A stretch of 64,000 nt of DNA from a plasmid. Under the pieces are notes generated by a model. That model ran no database searches. It saw only the letters and a program-made list of their open reading frames with translations, and was not told the DNA's origin. Location: sequence record NZ_CP013725.1; one strand, 5' to 3'. Position numbers and translations under genes: made by a program. Positions 19,332 through 30,716 of this stretch are shown in pieces. The number at the start of each line of letters is the position of its first letter. Position 1 is the first letter of the stretch.

Positions 19332-20492
19332 ATGTATAAAAAAATGTTCACAATTTTAATTACGTTATTTTCTATAATGTTTATGGTTCCTAATGATACT
19401 TTTGCAGAAGGTAAGCACAACATGATGGACATGAAAGAAAATGATCAAAAGCGAAATGATATGATGGATATGAAAAGTCATGACGAAAGAAAAAATTTGA
19501 ATTCTTCACAAGGAAAAAATGAAATAACATTTCCCAAAGTTTTAGATCCTAAAAAAGATAACAATGGTTATAAAAGTTATACATTAAAAGCGCAGAAAGG
19601 AAAGACAGAATTTTACAAAGGTAATTTCTCTAACACTTTAGGATACAATGGAAATTTACTTGGGCCAACTTTAAAATTAAAAAAAGGAGATAAGGTTAAA
19701 ATTAAGTTAGTCAACAACTTAGATGAAAATACAACATTTCATTGGCATGGGTTAGAAATAGATGGAAAAGTGGATGGAGGCCCTTCTCAAGTTATAAAAC
19801 CAGGAAAAGAAAAAACAATAAAATTTGAGGTTAAACAAGAGGCTGCTACATTATGGTATCATCCCCACCCCTCCCCAAATACAGCTAAACAAGTTTATAA
19901 TGGTTTATCAGGGTTATTATATATAGAGGATGACAAAAAGAATAATTATCCTAGCAATTATGGGAAAAATGATTTGCCTATAATAATCCAAGATAAAACA
20001 TTTGTATCTAAAAAATTAAATTATACAAAAACGAAAGATGAAGATGGTACTCAAGGTGATACAGTCCTTGTGAATGGGAAAGTAGATCCTAAATTAACAA
20101 CAAAAGAAGGAAAAATACGTTTGAGACTTTTAAATGGCTCCAATGCTCGGGATTTAAATCTTAAGCTAAGTAATAATCAAAGTTTTGAATATATTGCTTC
20201 AGAAGGCGGCCATTTAGAAAAGACTAAAAAGTTAAAAGAAATTAATTTAGCTCCTTCAGCAAGAAAAGAAATAGTAATAGATTTATCTAAAATGAAAGAA
20301 GAAAAAGTCAATCTTGTTGATAATGATGAAACAGTAATTTTACCAATTATTAACAAAGAAAAAAGTACTAACAAAGACACTACTCCAAAAGTAGATAAAA
20401 AAATCAAATTAGAAGGTATGGACGGGGTCCCAAGCGCCTACGGGAAATTTGTATCGATAAGGATTACAAATTCCCGTAATATCAACGTTTGA
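19332..20492 (+). pseudogene. mco: Multicopper oxidase, 3'-truncated. The reading frame runs into the transposon terminal inverted repeat at 20424
   Basis: Signal peptide, HWHG and WYHPHP copper-site motifs present. C-terminal HCH / HxxH type-1 copper motifs absent. The last ~23 codons are encoded by the Tn3-family IR. Confidence 0.8.
20424..20461 (+). repeat. Tn3-family left terminal inverted repeat (38 bp)
   Basis: GGGG....ACGxTAAG-type Tn3-family IR, adjacent to the tnpA 3' end. Confidence 0.85.
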
Positions 20493-20499
20493 CGACTCT

Positions 20500-23415
20500 C
20501 TATTTTTCTATGTTTAATTTTCTCAACCTCTTGGGAATAGATAACAAATCAAATTTGTATTCACCAAGAAACGTAATATGCTCCCAATTAATAGGAGAAA
20601 TATGGTTCATATAGTTGGTTACTTCTGGATCTATTTTCACTAGATAATCATAGGCTTCTTGTAAATAGACGGCGTTCCATATACTAATAGCATTTATTAA
20701 AACATTTAGTGCACTTGCACTTTGAAGTTGCCGACGAATATCACGTTCCATGAATTTACCTCGGCGACCAAAAAATAGTTCTCTTGCCAAAGCATTTACG
20801 GCTTCCGTTTTATTCAAACCATGGGTAATCTTACGTCTTAAGCTATCATCTGTCACATAATCTATCATGAAAATACTCTTCTCAATCCGTCCCAATTCTC
20901 TTAAAGCGGTAGCTACCTTATTTTTTCGTGCGTAAGAACCTAGCTTTCCTAAAATTAGCGAACTTGAGACTTTACCAGTTTGAATGGAATAAGCGATTCG
21001 TTTAATTTCTTCGTAACTTTCATCAATGGTTTTTATATTGATCCTACCACTGATGAGCCCTAATAAATCAGGGTATTCTGAAGTTGGCTTTATAGAAAAT
21101 AATTGAGACTTTTTTATATTCCTAATACGGGGTTCAAAATGAAACCCTAGTAAAGCCGTCATACCAAACACTTGATCTGTATAACCATTTGTGTCAGTGA
21201 AGTGTTCTTCAATATCTAAATCTGTTTCGTGGTAAAGCAAGCCATCTAATGTATGAGTCGCTTCTCTCGTGTTGGTCGAAACAACTTCAACATGATGTGA
21301 GGTATTTCTGTCATTGATTGACCGAATCATTGTGGCGCCTTTCTCTAAGCTTTTATAATGTGGATTCACGTCAGCCTTAATGGCGGATACACCTACTGGT
21401 ACACGCATTCCATCGGAAGCACTCGTTTTACCTTCTCCCCAAAAATCAGCTATAGGAATTCCTAATTGAAAATTAACCAAAATAGATTGGGCACAGGTTA
21501 AGGCTTCTTTATAAAACCGCCATTGTTTAGTATTCGCCAATTGAGGATAAGTAATTCCGGGGGTGGATTGGGCCATTTTCTCAAGCCCAATATTCATTCC
21601 TAATCCTAATAAAGTGGCAAAAACAATTTTCTTTTCTCGTTCATTTGGCGGATTTCCAGTTGAATCATGGATAAATTCTTGCGAAAATTGAGTCCAGCTA
21701 TCCACTTCTATTAATAGGTCACTTAATCTTATTTTGGGAATCATTGAATAAAGTTTTTTTCTATATTCCTCTGCTTCATCTGGTGTAACTTTCTCCAATT
21801 TTTTTAGCACCATTTTGGCTGAACTTTTGCCAGAATTCGAATAATATTGTAGTTGTGAGTCCAATATTGCGCCCCTAGAAGTCAAATAATCATCAAATGT
21901 ATCTGGAATAGTGAGTGAGTTAACGCAAGCATCGGAACTGATTAAGTAATCATCAATGTTTCGATGGGCTAAGCTTCCTTCTACCGAAATATTTCCTGAT
22001 CTAATATTATTTTTTAACTCTGTGAACGCTACCAACTCGTAGAAGGATCGGTCTATTTTTCCTTCTTCAGGTTGAACAAGACGTTCCCATTTTTTACTCA
22101 CAAATTCAATGGATGTGTTTGCTGGTATTTTCCGTTTACCATCGTTTTTTAACTCATTTATTTGAGTAAGCGCTGTAAGAATTGGTTGTGCAGATGAGGT
22201 TGCTTTAAACGAGAGTATTTTTAAAAGCATTGGGGTATATCTTCTAAGGTAAGTGGCTTTATTTCTCACCATTTCTAAATATCCGTGATTTTTCTTACCA
22301 GTAATTCGTTTAGCGTCTTCTCCATCTTGGATTAAGTCATGCCAGGGGATAACTCGTTCTATTTCGTCAAAAGGATTACTGTCGTTGTCTTTTGCAAAAT
22401 GAAGTGCATCAATCAGAGACGCATAATGTTCTAATTTTTCAGTCGCCAACTTCCCTTTCTCTTTCAACAGTTCTTGCGAATCGTGCATCCCTTTTCGTTT
22501 AATCCCCGCTAAAATCCGGTCATTAATTTCAATGAGCAGATCGATCAGATACTGATGATGATCCACTAAAAAAGCAATGAGTAAGGAATACTTTTTTTCG
22601 AATTCAAAACGAGAAAAATCATAGGCATCGTAATTATCACCTAATCGTGCTAACTGAAGAAATCTATTTCGGTGAATATGCGACACATTGATTGTTCCTA
22701 GTTCAAGAACCGTAATCGTCTCAACTTTTTTGCAAATGGTCATAAAACTCTCTGGATTGGCTTTGCCAGGGATATCTTTTAACCAGGCGAGTTTAGTCAT
22801 CTTCGTTTCTTTATATACTAGAAACAACTCATCTAATTTCTCGATTTGTGTTTCTGTTAGTGAATCCAGAAGAATTGAAAACAGTGTGCTTTCAGCCTTA
22901 TCACGACAATGGCTGATAATGTCTTCTAGTGTCGCTATCGATGGAAAAATAATTCGATTTTGGGTGAGGAAGCCTAATGTTTTTTTCATGAGATAGGTAG
23001 AGTCATCATTTTCTAATGCCAGCTTAATAAGAAATGCTATTAATTGATTGCGTGTGTCGACACTTCCAAAACGCTGATACCTAAATGTTTCTAATATCTC
23101 ATTAAAGTGATTGGCACGTGTGTTCCTATGGGCGTATAAGGCCAGTTCAATTGAGTCAAGATGTAACTGGCGCCTTACATAAGAGATTAAACGGTCTGAT
23201 TGGATGGACCAGTTACTCAACGAACACCCAGGGTATCGTGCCAAGCAGAGCTGAATGGCAAACCCTAACTTATTGATATCCCCTCTGTGTTGGTTGATGA
23301 TATCTAAATCAGAGTCAGAGAAACTGAAATAAGCTTGAAAATCCTCTTCAGATAAGTGATCGACAGAAAGAAGTTGCTCCCGCTGTGCTGCTGTTAAAAT
23401 TTTCTTTAATGCCAT
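20500..23415 (-). CDS. tnpA: Tn3-family transposase TnpA
   Basis: 971 aa, the typical length. DDE-type Tn3 transposase C-terminal region. Gene end lies next to the IR. Confidence 0.9.
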   Translation of the reverse strand: MALKKILTAAQREQLLSVDHLSEEDFQAYFSFSDSDLDIINQHRGDINKLGFAIQLCLARYPGCSLSNWSIQSDRLISYVRRQLHLDSIELALYAHRNTRANHFNEILETFRYQRFGSVDTRNQLIAFLIKLALENDDSTYLMKKTLGFLTQNRIIFPSIATLEDIISHCRDKAESTLFSILLDSLTETQIEKLDELFLVYKETKMTKLAWLKDIPGKANPESFMTICKKVETITVLELGTINVSHIHRNRFLQLARLGDNYDAYDFSRFEFEKKYSLLIAFLVDHHQYLIDLLIEINDRILAGIKRKGMHDSQELLKEKGKLATEKLEHYASLIDALHFAKDNDSNPFDEIERVIPWHDLIQDGEDAKRITGKKNHGYLEMVRNKATYLRRYTPMLLKILSFKATSSAQPILTALTQINELKNDGKRKIPANTSIEFVSKKWERLVQPEEGKIDRSFYELVAFTELKNNIRSGNISVEGSLAHRNIDDYLISSDACVNSLTIPDTFDDYLTSRGAILDSQLQYYSNSGKSSAKMVLKKLEKVTPDEAEEYRKKLYSMIPKIRLSDLLIEVDSWTQFSQEFIHDSTGNPPNEREKKIVFATLLGLGMNIGLEKMAQSTPGITYPQLANTKQWRFYKEALTCAQSILVNFQLGIPIADFWGEGKTSASDGMRVPVGVSAIKADVNPHYKSLEKGATMIRSINDRNTSHHVEVVSTNTREATHTLDGLLYHETDLDIEEHFTDTNGYTDQVFGMTALLGFHFEPRIRNIKKSQLFSIKPTSEYPDLLGLISGRINIKTIDESYEEIKRIAYSIQTGKVSSSLILGKLGSYARKNKVATALRELGRIEKSIFMIDYVTDDSLRRKITHGLNKTEAVNALARELFFGRRGKFMERDIRRQLQSASALNVLINAISIWNAVYLQEAYDYLVKIDPEVTNYMNHISPINWEHITFLGEYKFDLLSIPKRLRKLNIEK

Positions 23416-23418
23416 AAG

Positions 23419-23973
23419 TTAGTTTTTCCTTCCATTAAGATAGCGGTATAGGGTTGTTTTGCTTAGTTTAGAGGCATCAAGAATCTGATTAATTGAATAT
23501 TCCTTACTATCGTACATTTTCAAAGCCAACTCAATTGATTGACTGGCTTTACTTGGTCGCCCCCCTTTTTTTCCACGTGCTCTTGCTGCTTCAAGACCTG
23601 ATTTGGTTCTTTCAATTGTAATATCACGTTCCAACTCTGCTAAACTAGCCATGACTCGGAAAAAGAATCTTCCCATAGAAGTAGAGGTATCAACGTTATC
23701 TTGAATAGAGATAAAATTAACCCCAAGCTCTTCAAACGTTTCTGAAAGCTCAATCAAATGTTTAGTTGAACGTGAAATTCGATCAAGTTTATAAATAACC
23801 ACTGAGTCACCTTCACGTAACCCCTTTATCATGTCTTCCAATTGTGGACGGTCTCGTTTTGAACCCGTCACCTTTTCTTGGAATAGTTTATCGATACCGT
23901 GTTGGGTGAGTGCATCAATTTGCAAATTCAAATTTTGATCCTCTGTACTCACTCGAGCATAGCCAAAAATCAT
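23419..23973 (-). CDS. tnpR: Tn3-family serine resolvase TnpR
   Basis: MIFGYARVSTEDQNL catalytic motif and C-terminal HTH (KTTLYRYL). Start taken at the internal Met. The ORF track extends to 24021. Confidence 0.88.
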   Translation of the reverse strand: MIFGYARVSTEDQNLNLQIDALTQHGIDKLFQEKVTGSKRDRPQLEDMIKGLREGDSVVIYKLDRISRSTKHLIELSETFEELGVNFISIQDNVDTSTSMGRFFFRVMASLAELERDITIERTKSGLEAARARGKKGGRPSKASQSIELALKMYDSKEYSINQILDASKLSKTTLYRYLNGRKN

Positions 23974-24212
23974 AAAAAGCCTCCTTACTATTAATGACTT
24001 AAATGTACCATAACTCATCAATAATTACCATATAGGCACTTTGAAAAAAGAACGAGTTTTGGTACCTGGTTTAGGGCTCAAACGGATGAAAAACAGATGA
24101 ATTCAAAAAGTGCCATAAACGACCATTTAAGGTACTGGTTATAATAGTCAATTGTTATTCAAACGAACACTTGACTATCAGATTGGAACAGAGTATAATC
24201 ACCCCTATAAAC

Positions 24213-24240
24213 ATTCAAGTGTCTCTTTGAGTGTTGGAAG
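24213..24240. promoter_or_regulatory. Putative cad operator: imperfect dyad AACATTCAAGTGTCTCTTTGAGTGTT between a TTGACT-17-TATAAT promoter and the cadC RBS
   Basis: TTGACT at about 24169, then 17 nt, then TATAAT. The dyad overlaps the predicted transcription start, as in CadC-regulated cad operons. Confidence 0.45.
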
Positions 24241-24252
24241 GAGAAACTGAAT

Positions 24253-24612
24253 ATGACTGTAGATATTTGCGAAATTACTTGTATTGATGAAGAAAAAGTA
24301 AAACGGGTGAAGACTGGACTGGAAACCGTAGAAGTTACAACTATCAGTCAAATATTTAAAATTCTGTCTGATGAAACAAGGGTTAAAATTGTGTATGCAT
24401 TACTGACAGAAAATGAACTTTGTGTATGCGATCTAGCTAATATTGTCGAAGCAACAGTTGCCGCTACGTCCCACCATTTACGCTTTTTAAAGAAGCAAGG
24501 GATTGCGAACTATCGAAAAGATGGAAAGCTTGTTTATTATTCTCTTGCGAATGAAAGGGTTAGAGATCGGATAAAACTTATATTACTTAATTTTGAAGGA
24601 GTGGGAGTCTAA
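24253..24612 (+). CDS. cadC: ArsR/SmtB-family cadmium-responsive repressor CadC
   Basis: 119 aa. ELCVCDL metal-sensing motif and HTH ([12 protein letters not shown]). Highly similar in layout and sequence to pI258 CadC. Confidence 0.9.
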   Translation: MTVDICEITCIDEEKVKRVKTGLETVEVTTISQIFKILSDETRVKIVYALLTENELCVCDLANIVEATVAATSHHLRFLKKQGIANYRKDGKLVYYSLANERVRDRIKLILLNFEGVGV

Positions 24613-26747
24613 TGGCAGAAAAGACTGTTTATAGAGTTGATGGATTAAGCTGTACAAATTGTGCGGCCAAATTTGAACGGAATGTAAAAGAAATTGAGGG
24701 TGTAACAGAAGCTATTGTAAACTTTGGCGCATCAAAAATCACGGTAACAGGTGAAGCAAGTATTCAACAAGTTGAACAGGCTGGAGCATTTGAACACTTG
24801 AAAATCATTCCAGAGAAAGAATCTTTTACTGATCCAGAGCACTTTACTGACCATCAATCGTTTATTAGAAAAAATTGGCGATTATTGCTTTCTGGATTAT
24901 TTATTGCAGTGGGGTATGCGTCACAGATCATGAATGGGGAGGACTTTTATCTTACTAATGCACTATTTATTTTTGCAATTTTCATAGGAGGCTATTCTCT
25001 CTTTAAGGAAGGATTCAAAAATTTATTGAAGTTTGAATTTACAATGGAGACACTGATGACAATAGCTATTATTGGAGCTGCTTTCATTGGTGAATGGGCA
25101 GAAGGATCCATTGTGGTGATTCTATTCGCAGTAAGCGAGGCGCTTGAGCGTTACTCGATGGATAAGGCACGACAATCTATTCGTTCCCTAATGGATATTG
25201 CGCCAAAAGAAGCACTTGTGAGACGCTCGGGCACCGACAGAATGGTTCATGTAGATGACATTCAAATTGGCGACATTATGATTATAAAACCTGGTCAAAA
25301 AATTGCGATGGATGGTCACGTTGTGAAAGGTTATTCAGCCGTCAATCAAGCAGCGATTACTGGTGAATCTATTCCTGTTGAAAAAAACATCGATGATTCC
25401 GTTTTTGCTGGAACGTTAAATGAAGAAGGATTGCTTGAAGTTGCGGTCACAAAACGAGTAGAAGATACCACGATTTCAAAAATTATTCACTTAGTTGAGG
25501 AGGCACAAGGTGAACGTGCTCCAGCTCAAGCATTTGTTGATACATTTGCTAAATATTATACGCCAGCCATTATTGTGATCGCCGCACTGATTGCAACAGT
25601 ACCGCCATTGCTGTTTGGTGGAAACTGGGAAACGTGGGTGTATCAAGGGTTATCTGTATTAGTGGTTGGGTGTCCTTGCGCCTTAGTTGTTTCAACTCCT
25701 GTTGCCATCGTCACCGCCATTGGAAATGCAGCTAAAAATGGCGTATTGGTAAAAGGTGGTGTGTATTTAGAAGAAATTGGTGGGCTAAAAGCCATTGCGT
25801 TCGATAAAACTGGTACCTTGACAAAAGGTGTGCCGGTGGTCACTGATTATATTGAACTAACAGAAGCCACAAACATTCAACATAATAAAAACTATATCAT
25901 CATGGCAGCACTGGAACAATTATCTCAACACCCCCTTGCTTCAGCCATTATTAAGTATGGAGAAACGAGAGAAATGGATTTAACTAGTATTAATGTGAAC
26001 GATTTTACATCCATCACAGGAAAAGGGATTAGAGGAACTGTAGATGGTAACACCTATTATGTTGGAAGTCCCGTTCTATTTAAGGAATTACTAGCATCGC
26101 AATTTACTGACTCCATTCATCGACAAGTGAGTGACTTACAACTTAAAGGGAAGACTGCTATGCTTTTTGGAACAAATCAGAAACTGATTTCTATAGTGGC
26201 AGTTGCTGACGAGGTTAGGTCATCCAGTCAACATGTTATTAAACGACTTCATGAGCTGGGGATTGAAAAAACTATTATGTTGACTGGCGATAACCAAGCC
26301 ACAGCGCAAGCAATTGGCCAACAGGTGGGTGTTTCTGAAATAGAAGGTGAGTTAATGCCCCAAGATAAACTAGATTACATTAAACAGTTGAAAATAAACT
26401 TTGGTAAAGTGGCCATGGTTGGAGACGGTATTAATGATGCGCCAGCCCTAGCAGCGGCCACGGTTGGAATTGCAATGGGCGGAGCTGGAACTGACACAGC
26501 CATTGAAACAGCTGATGTTGCCTTAATGGGAGACGACTTACAAAAATTACCTTTCACGGTAAAGTTGAGTAGAAAAACACTCCAAATTATTAAGCAAAAT
26601 ATCACATTTTCCTTGGTCATCAAACTGATTGCTCTTTTGCTAGTCATTCCAGGGTGGTTAACATTATGGATTGCAATTATGGCGGATATGGGTGCGACTC
26701 TTTTAGTCACGTTAAATGGCTTACGATTAATGAAAGTGAAAGATTAA
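24612..26747 (+). CDS. cadA: Cadmium/zinc-translocating P1B-2-type ATPase CadA
   Basis: N-terminal HMA domain ([12 protein letters not shown]), CPC motif ([12 protein letters not shown]), DKTGTLT and [10 protein letters not shown]. Near-collinear with pI258 and Tn5422 CadA. Start overlaps the cadC stop (TAATG). Confidence 0.95.
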   Translation: MAEKTVYRVDGLSCTNCAAKFERNVKEIEGVTEAIVNFGASKITVTGEASIQQVEQAGAFEHLKIIPEKESFTDPEHFTDHQSFIRKNWRLLLSGLFIAVGYASQIMNGEDFYLTNALFIFAIFIGGYSLFKEGFKNLLKFEFTMETLMTIAIIGAAFIGEWAEGSIVVILFAVSEALERYSMDKARQSIRSLMDIAPKEALVRRSGTDRMVHVDDIQIGDIMIIKPGQKIAMDGHVVKGYSAVNQAAITGESIPVEKNIDDSVFAGTLNEEGLLEVAVTKRVEDTTISKIIHLVEEAQGERAPAQAFVDTFAKYYTPAIIVIAALIATVPPLLFGGNWETWVYQGLSVLVVGCPCALVVSTPVAIVTAIGNAAKNGVLVKGGVYLEEIGGLKAIAFDKTGTLTKGVPVVTDYIELTEATNIQHNKNYIIMAALEQLSQHPLASAIIKYGETREMDLTSINVNDFTSITGKGIRGTVDGNTYYVGSPVLFKELLASQFTDSIHRQVSDLQLKGKTAMLFGTNQKLISIVAVADEVRSSSQHVIKRLHELGIEKTIMLTGDNQATAQAIGQQVGVSEIEGELMPQDKLDYIKQLKINFGKVAMVGDGINDAPALAAATVGIAMGGAGTDTAIETADVALMGDDLQKLPFTVKLSRKTLQIIKQNITFSLVIKLIALLLVIPGWLTLWIAIMADMGATLLVTLNGLRLMKVKD

Positions 26748-26834
26748 TTACCGCTATTGTCTAGTTGGTTTTTTGAATTATTCTGAAAGCATTCCTTATT
26801 GTACAAAATAACAGGTGAGATCAAAGGAAATCTC

Positions 26835-26872
26835 CTTATCGATACAAATTCCCCGTTGGCGCTCGGGACCCC
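26835..26872 (-). repeat. Tn3-family right terminal inverted repeat (38 bp)
   Basis: Reverse complement reads GGGGTCCCGAGCGCCAACGGGGAATTTGTATCGATAAG, with 4 mismatches to the left IR. Confidence 0.85.
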
Positions 26873-26881
26873 GCAGTAAGC

Positions 26882-29800
26882 ATGAAGACAGGAAGCAGCA
26901 ACACACGAACAATACCTAAAAAAGTGGAAACTGTAGAAGCATCAGAAGAAATTATTGAGGAATTGACAGAAATGGATTGGCAAGAAGGTGATGAAATACC
27001 TGGACATGTTCGGAATGATACGTTTTTCGTGCATCAGGATAAGGTCTATTATCATCATAATGGGCGAGCAGAAACCGTTGAGGTTTCAAAAGGGATGCAA
27101 GATCGCATTAAAAAGATGTGTCAAGTGCGACAAGCCTTGATAAACATTATTGATTTGCAACTTCGTCCTTCCTACCAAGCAGCTGAACTGGAGAAACGTC
27201 TTTCTGTGCTGAATCAAGTATACGATACCTTTACCGAAAAATATGGTTTTTTTCACGATACATCGAACCAACGTGCTTTCTTTGATGATGATCAGCTGGC
27301 ACTTTTGGAATCTATTGAGATCCAAGAAAAGCCCGGCGTTTATGCGAAAGGGAGAATTTTCAGAGAAGCAACGATTCGTCCAATCATAGAGGTGGAGCGT
27401 GTACAATCAGCAGAAGAAGCATTGCAGCTGTCCCTTAGTAAAAAATTGATAATCGATTTTGAGTATATGCAGCAAATTAGTGGAAAGACACAAGAGATAT
27501 TACTTAAAGAATTAGATGGACTACTATATGAAGATCCGACTTATCATGGTGATCAGCCAAACAAAGGATGGCTATATCGAGATGACTATTTATCTGGAGA
27601 TATTGTAGAGAAACTAGCCCTCGCAAAATCTCGAGAAGAATCCAACTATCAAAAAAATATAGAGGCGCTTAAAAAAGTAATGCCGAAACCACTACAAGCG
27701 AAAGACATTCAATTTCAATTAGGGAGTACTTGGATACCGATTGACATCTATGAGAGGTTCATGTATCAAACATTTGGGACACCTAGTTATTATCAGTTTG
27801 GAACAAATCCAGATATTAAACTGGAATATGCTCGATATAACAACACTTGGCATATCAAGGGAAAAGGGCTAGATAAAGGTTCTATCAAAGCTTCTAGTGT
27901 ATATGGAACAAAAAGAATGAGTGCTTATGAAATATTGGAGTGTTCCCTCAACCTGCAGCAAGTTATTATACGCGATCCTGAAGAGTATTATGATGAGAAT
28001 GGCAATAAAAAAATTAAGTATGTCATTAACCCAAAAGAAACCATGATTGCTAGAGGAAAACAGACGCAGATGAAAAATGCGTTTCAAAAATGGTTATTCC
28101 AAGATAATTTTCGGGCAGATAAGCTGGTTGAAATTTATAATGAGAGGTTCAATCGTGTGGTCCCAAGAAAATATGATGGAAGTCATCTCACTTTTGACAG
28201 CATGAATTCCAGCTGGGAACTTAGACCTCATCAGCGGAATGTCGTGGCAAGGATTATTTACAATGGATCAGCTCTTATGGCTCATGAAGTGGGAGCAGGA
28301 AAGACAGCATCAATGATTGCGGCAGGCATGTATATGAAACAAGCAGGTGCTGTGCAAAAACCGATGTATGTGGTTCCTAATCATTTGACGCAGCAATTTG
28401 CGAATGAGTTTCTTGCTTTGTATCCGTCGGCTAATGTACTTCGAACCACGAAAAAAGATTTTGAGAAAAAGAATCGCCATCGCTTTATATCCAAAATTGC
28501 TACTAACAACTATGACGCCGTAATCATTGGTCATAGTCAGTTTGAAAAAATTCCTTTAAGCAAAGAAAGACAAGCTGACTTTTTACGGAAGGAGCTTACT
28601 TCGATCAGTATCCAAATGAGAGAAGCAGAAGAAAAAGAAGGACGTTCTTTTACAGTGAAAAGAATGGCAGGTTTCCAAAAAAAATTAAGAGAACGTCTGG
28701 AAACTTTGTCTAATAAGGAAAAGAAAGATGATATTTTAGACTTTGAACAGCTAGGAGTAGACTTTTTATTTATCGATGAAGCGCATGTTTATAAAAATCT
28801 TTATACCGTGACAAAGATGAACAACGTGGCAGGGATCAATACATCGCAGAGTCAACGTGCAATGGATATGTTCCAAAAAGTGCAATATATCCAGGAAATG
28901 AATGGAGGGAAAGGTGTCGTGTTTGCGACTGGTACACCAATTAGTAACAGTATGTCTGAGATGTTTACGATGCAGCGATTCTTGCAAAATGATCAGTTGG
29001 AACGAATGGGATTAGATACTTTTGATAGCTGGGCTTCCACATTTGGGGAGGTAATTTCTTCATTAGAAATGACGCCAGAAGGTTCCGGCTACCGTATGCG
29101 TAATCGTTTTGCGAAATTCCATAACCTTCCGGAACTCATGGCCACTTTCCAATCAGTCGCAGATATTCAGACGCATGATATGCTTAATTTGCCTAAACCC
29201 GATTTGAAAAATGGGAAGGCAGAGATTATCGTGAGCGAAATTTCTCCTTATCAGGAACGATTAATGCAAGAGTTCGCAGAACGAGCGGAGATGATTCGTG
29301 CGGGTGTAGTACAGCCATATGAAGATAATATGTTGAAGGTCACTCATGAGGCAAAACTAATGGCGATTGATTCCAGATTACTGGATGAAGCTGCACCGGT
29401 GGATGAAAATGCAAAACTATTCAAGTGTGCCGAAAACGTACACCGAATTTGGGAAGAAACAACCGCACAAAAAAGCACACAAATTATCTTTAGTGATTCA
29501 GGAACGCCGAAAAAAGACGTTTTCAATGTCTACGATGAGATTAAGCATCTTTTAATTGAGAAAGGTATTCCGGCAGACCAAGTTGCTTTTATTCATGACT
29601 GCAATAACGATCAGCAACGAGAAACCTTATTTGAAAAGGTAAGACGCGGAGAGGTTCGTGTTCTTTTGGGAAGTACAGGTAAACTAGGTACAGGTACTAA
29701 TGTTCAAAATAAATTGATTGCTGGCCATCACATCGATTGTCCGTGGAGACCAAGTGATCTTACACAAAGAGATGGTCGTGTCGTAAGACAAGGAAATGAG

Positions 29801-30679
29801 AATGATGAGGTCCAGCTGTATCGATATGTTACGAAAGGGACATTCGATAGTTACTTGTGGCAAATACAGGAACAAAAACTCAAATATATTTCTCAAGTCA
29901 TGACAGGGAAAAGTATTTCGAGATCTTGTGATGATCTGGATGAAACGGTTCTATCAGCGGCAGAAGTAAAAGCAATTGCCACAGATAATCCTTTATTAGC
30001 AGAAAAAATGTCGGTCGATAATGATATCACTCGTCTGCAGATCATGCGAAGCAGCTGGGAAACAGAACGATTAGACATGCAAAAGAAAATTGATACGATT
30101 CTTCCTGATGCGATCAATCAAAATAAAAATCAGCAAATGAATATCCAAGAAATGATACTGCTTGTTCAAAACTATCCATTACCCAAAAAAGATGGAAAGC
30201 CGGTCTTTGAAATGGAGATCGATGGCGCCATTTATCAAGGTCGCAAGGAAGTCGCAGAAATGATGGATGAGAAGGTAAGCCAAACGGACTTTAAAGAAGT
30301 GGACCAAGTTGAGATAGGGAGATATCGGGGACTGAAAGTTACTGTCCATAAAGATGTACAGTACGAAAAAAAGATTGTTCTTTCCTCAGATAATTACTCT
30401 GTTCACATGCGCTATACTTTAGAGGGTGGAACTGGAAACACGGTGCGGATCAGCAATCAATTGAGCGAGCTTCCCAAACAGCTGACGAGTTTAAACGAAC
30501 AGTTAGAAAATATGGAAGTCAATCTTCAAATGGCGAAGCAAGAAATCCATCTTCCTTTTGAAGAAGATGAAAAACTACAAAAGCTGCTTGCGAGACAAAC
30601 AGAGATTAATACATCCTTAGAATTGGAAAATTTAAGTAAGCCTTCTATTCTTGAAAAAGAAGAGGTTATTGAACGATGA
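26882..30679 (+). CDS. SNF2/DEAD-like superfamily-2 helicase domain protein. Probably the helicase half of a plasmid methylase-helicase giant protein, with its 5' end truncated at the transposon end
   Basis: Motif I HEVGAGKTASM, motif II FIDEAHVYKN, motif VI TQRDGRVVRQGN. The ATG lies only 10 bp from the transposon IR and no RBS is visible. Confidence 0.75.
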   Translation: MKTGSSNTRTIPKKVETVEASEEIIEELTEMDWQEGDEIPGHVRNDTFFVHQDKVYYHHNGRAETVEVSKGMQDRIKKMCQVRQALINIIDLQLRPSYQAAELEKRLSVLNQVYDTFTEKYGFFHDTSNQRAFFDDDQLALLESIEIQEKPGVYAKGRIFREATIRPIIEVERVQSAEEALQLSLSKKLIIDFEYMQQISGKTQEILLKELDGLLYEDPTYHGDQPNKGWLYRDDYLSGDIVEKLALAKSREESNYQKNIEALKKVMPKPLQAKDIQFQLGSTWIPIDIYERFMYQTFGTPSYYQFGTNPDIKLEYARYNNTWHIKGKGLDKGSIKASSVYGTKRMSAYEILECSLNLQQVIIRDPEEYYDENGNKKIKYVINPKETMIARGKQTQMKNAFQKWLFQDNFRADKLVEIYNERFNRVVPRKYDGSHLTFDSMNSSWELRPHQRNVVARIIYNGSALMAHEVGAGKTASMIAAGMYMKQAGAVQKPMYVVPNHLTQQFANEFLALYPSANVLRTTKKDFEKKNRHRFISKIATNNYDAVIIGHSQFEKIPLSKERQADFLRKELTSISIQMREAEEKEGRSFTVKRMAGFQKKLRERLETLSNKEKKDDILDFEQLGVDFLFIDEAHVYKNLYTVTKMNNVAGINTSQSQRAMDMFQKVQYIQEMNGGKGVVFATGTPISNSMSEMFTMQRFLQNDQLERMGLDTFDSWASTFGEVISSLEMTPEGSGYRMRNRFAKFHNLPELMATFQSVADIQTHDMLNLPKPDLKNGKAEIIVSEISPYQERLMQEFAERAEMIRAGVVQPYEDNMLKVTHEAKLMAIDSRLLDEAAPVDENAKLFKCAENVHRIWEETTAQKSTQIIFSDSGTPKKDVFNVYDEIKHLLIEKGIPADQVAFIHDCNNDQQRETLFEKVRRGEVRVLLGSTGKLGTGTNVQNKLIAGHHIDCPWRPSDLTQRDGRVVRQGNENDEVQLYRYVTKGTFDSYLWQIQEQKLKYISQVMTGKSISRSCDDLDETVLSAAEVKAIATDNPLLAEKMSVDNDITRLQIMRSSWETERLDMQKKIDTILPDAINQNKNQQMNIQEMILLVQNYPLPKKDGKPVFEMEIDGAIYQGRKEVAEMMDEKVSQTDFKEVDQVEIGRYRGLKVTVHKDVQYEKKIVLSSDNYSVHMRYTLEGGTGNTVRISNQLSELPKQLTSLNEQLENMEVNLQMAKQEIHLPFEEDEKLQKLLARQTEINTSLELENLSKPSILEKEEVIER

Positions 30680-30689
30680 AAGAGGGATG

Positions 30690-30716
30690 AGGCACGATTT
30701 GTGCCTCATTCTTTTT
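30690..30716 (+). terminator. Rho-independent terminator (GAGGCACGATTTGTGCCTCATTCTTTTT)
   Basis: Perfect 8-bp stem plus a T-run immediately after the helicase stop. Confidence 0.8.

Larger units (their letters stand above)
20424..26872. mobile_element. Tn3-family transposon with Tn5422-like organisation: IR, tnpA (-), tnpR (-), cadC (+), cadA (+), IR
   Basis: 38-bp terminal inverted repeats GGGGTCCCAAGCGCCTACGGGAAATTTGTATCGATAAG at 20424-20461 and GGGGTCCCGAGCGCCAACGGGGAATTTGTATCGATAAG (reverse complement) at 26835-26872. The 5-bp flanks TGGAC and GCAGT differ, so there is no target-site duplication. Confidence 0.88.

Noticed and set aside
25643-26710. Minus-strand ORFs inside cadA (25643-25843, 26375-26710)
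   Set aside because: They are fully embedded antisense to a strongly supported ATPase gene. They have Ala/Pro/Thr-rich composition typical of shadow ORFs and no RBS.
26873-26881. Remainder of mco expected downstream of the transposon
   Set aside because: Sequence after the right IR encodes the SNF2 helicase and has no multicopper-oxidase C-terminal motifs, so the mco 3' part is simply absent. This is treated as evidence for a deletion, not as a feature.
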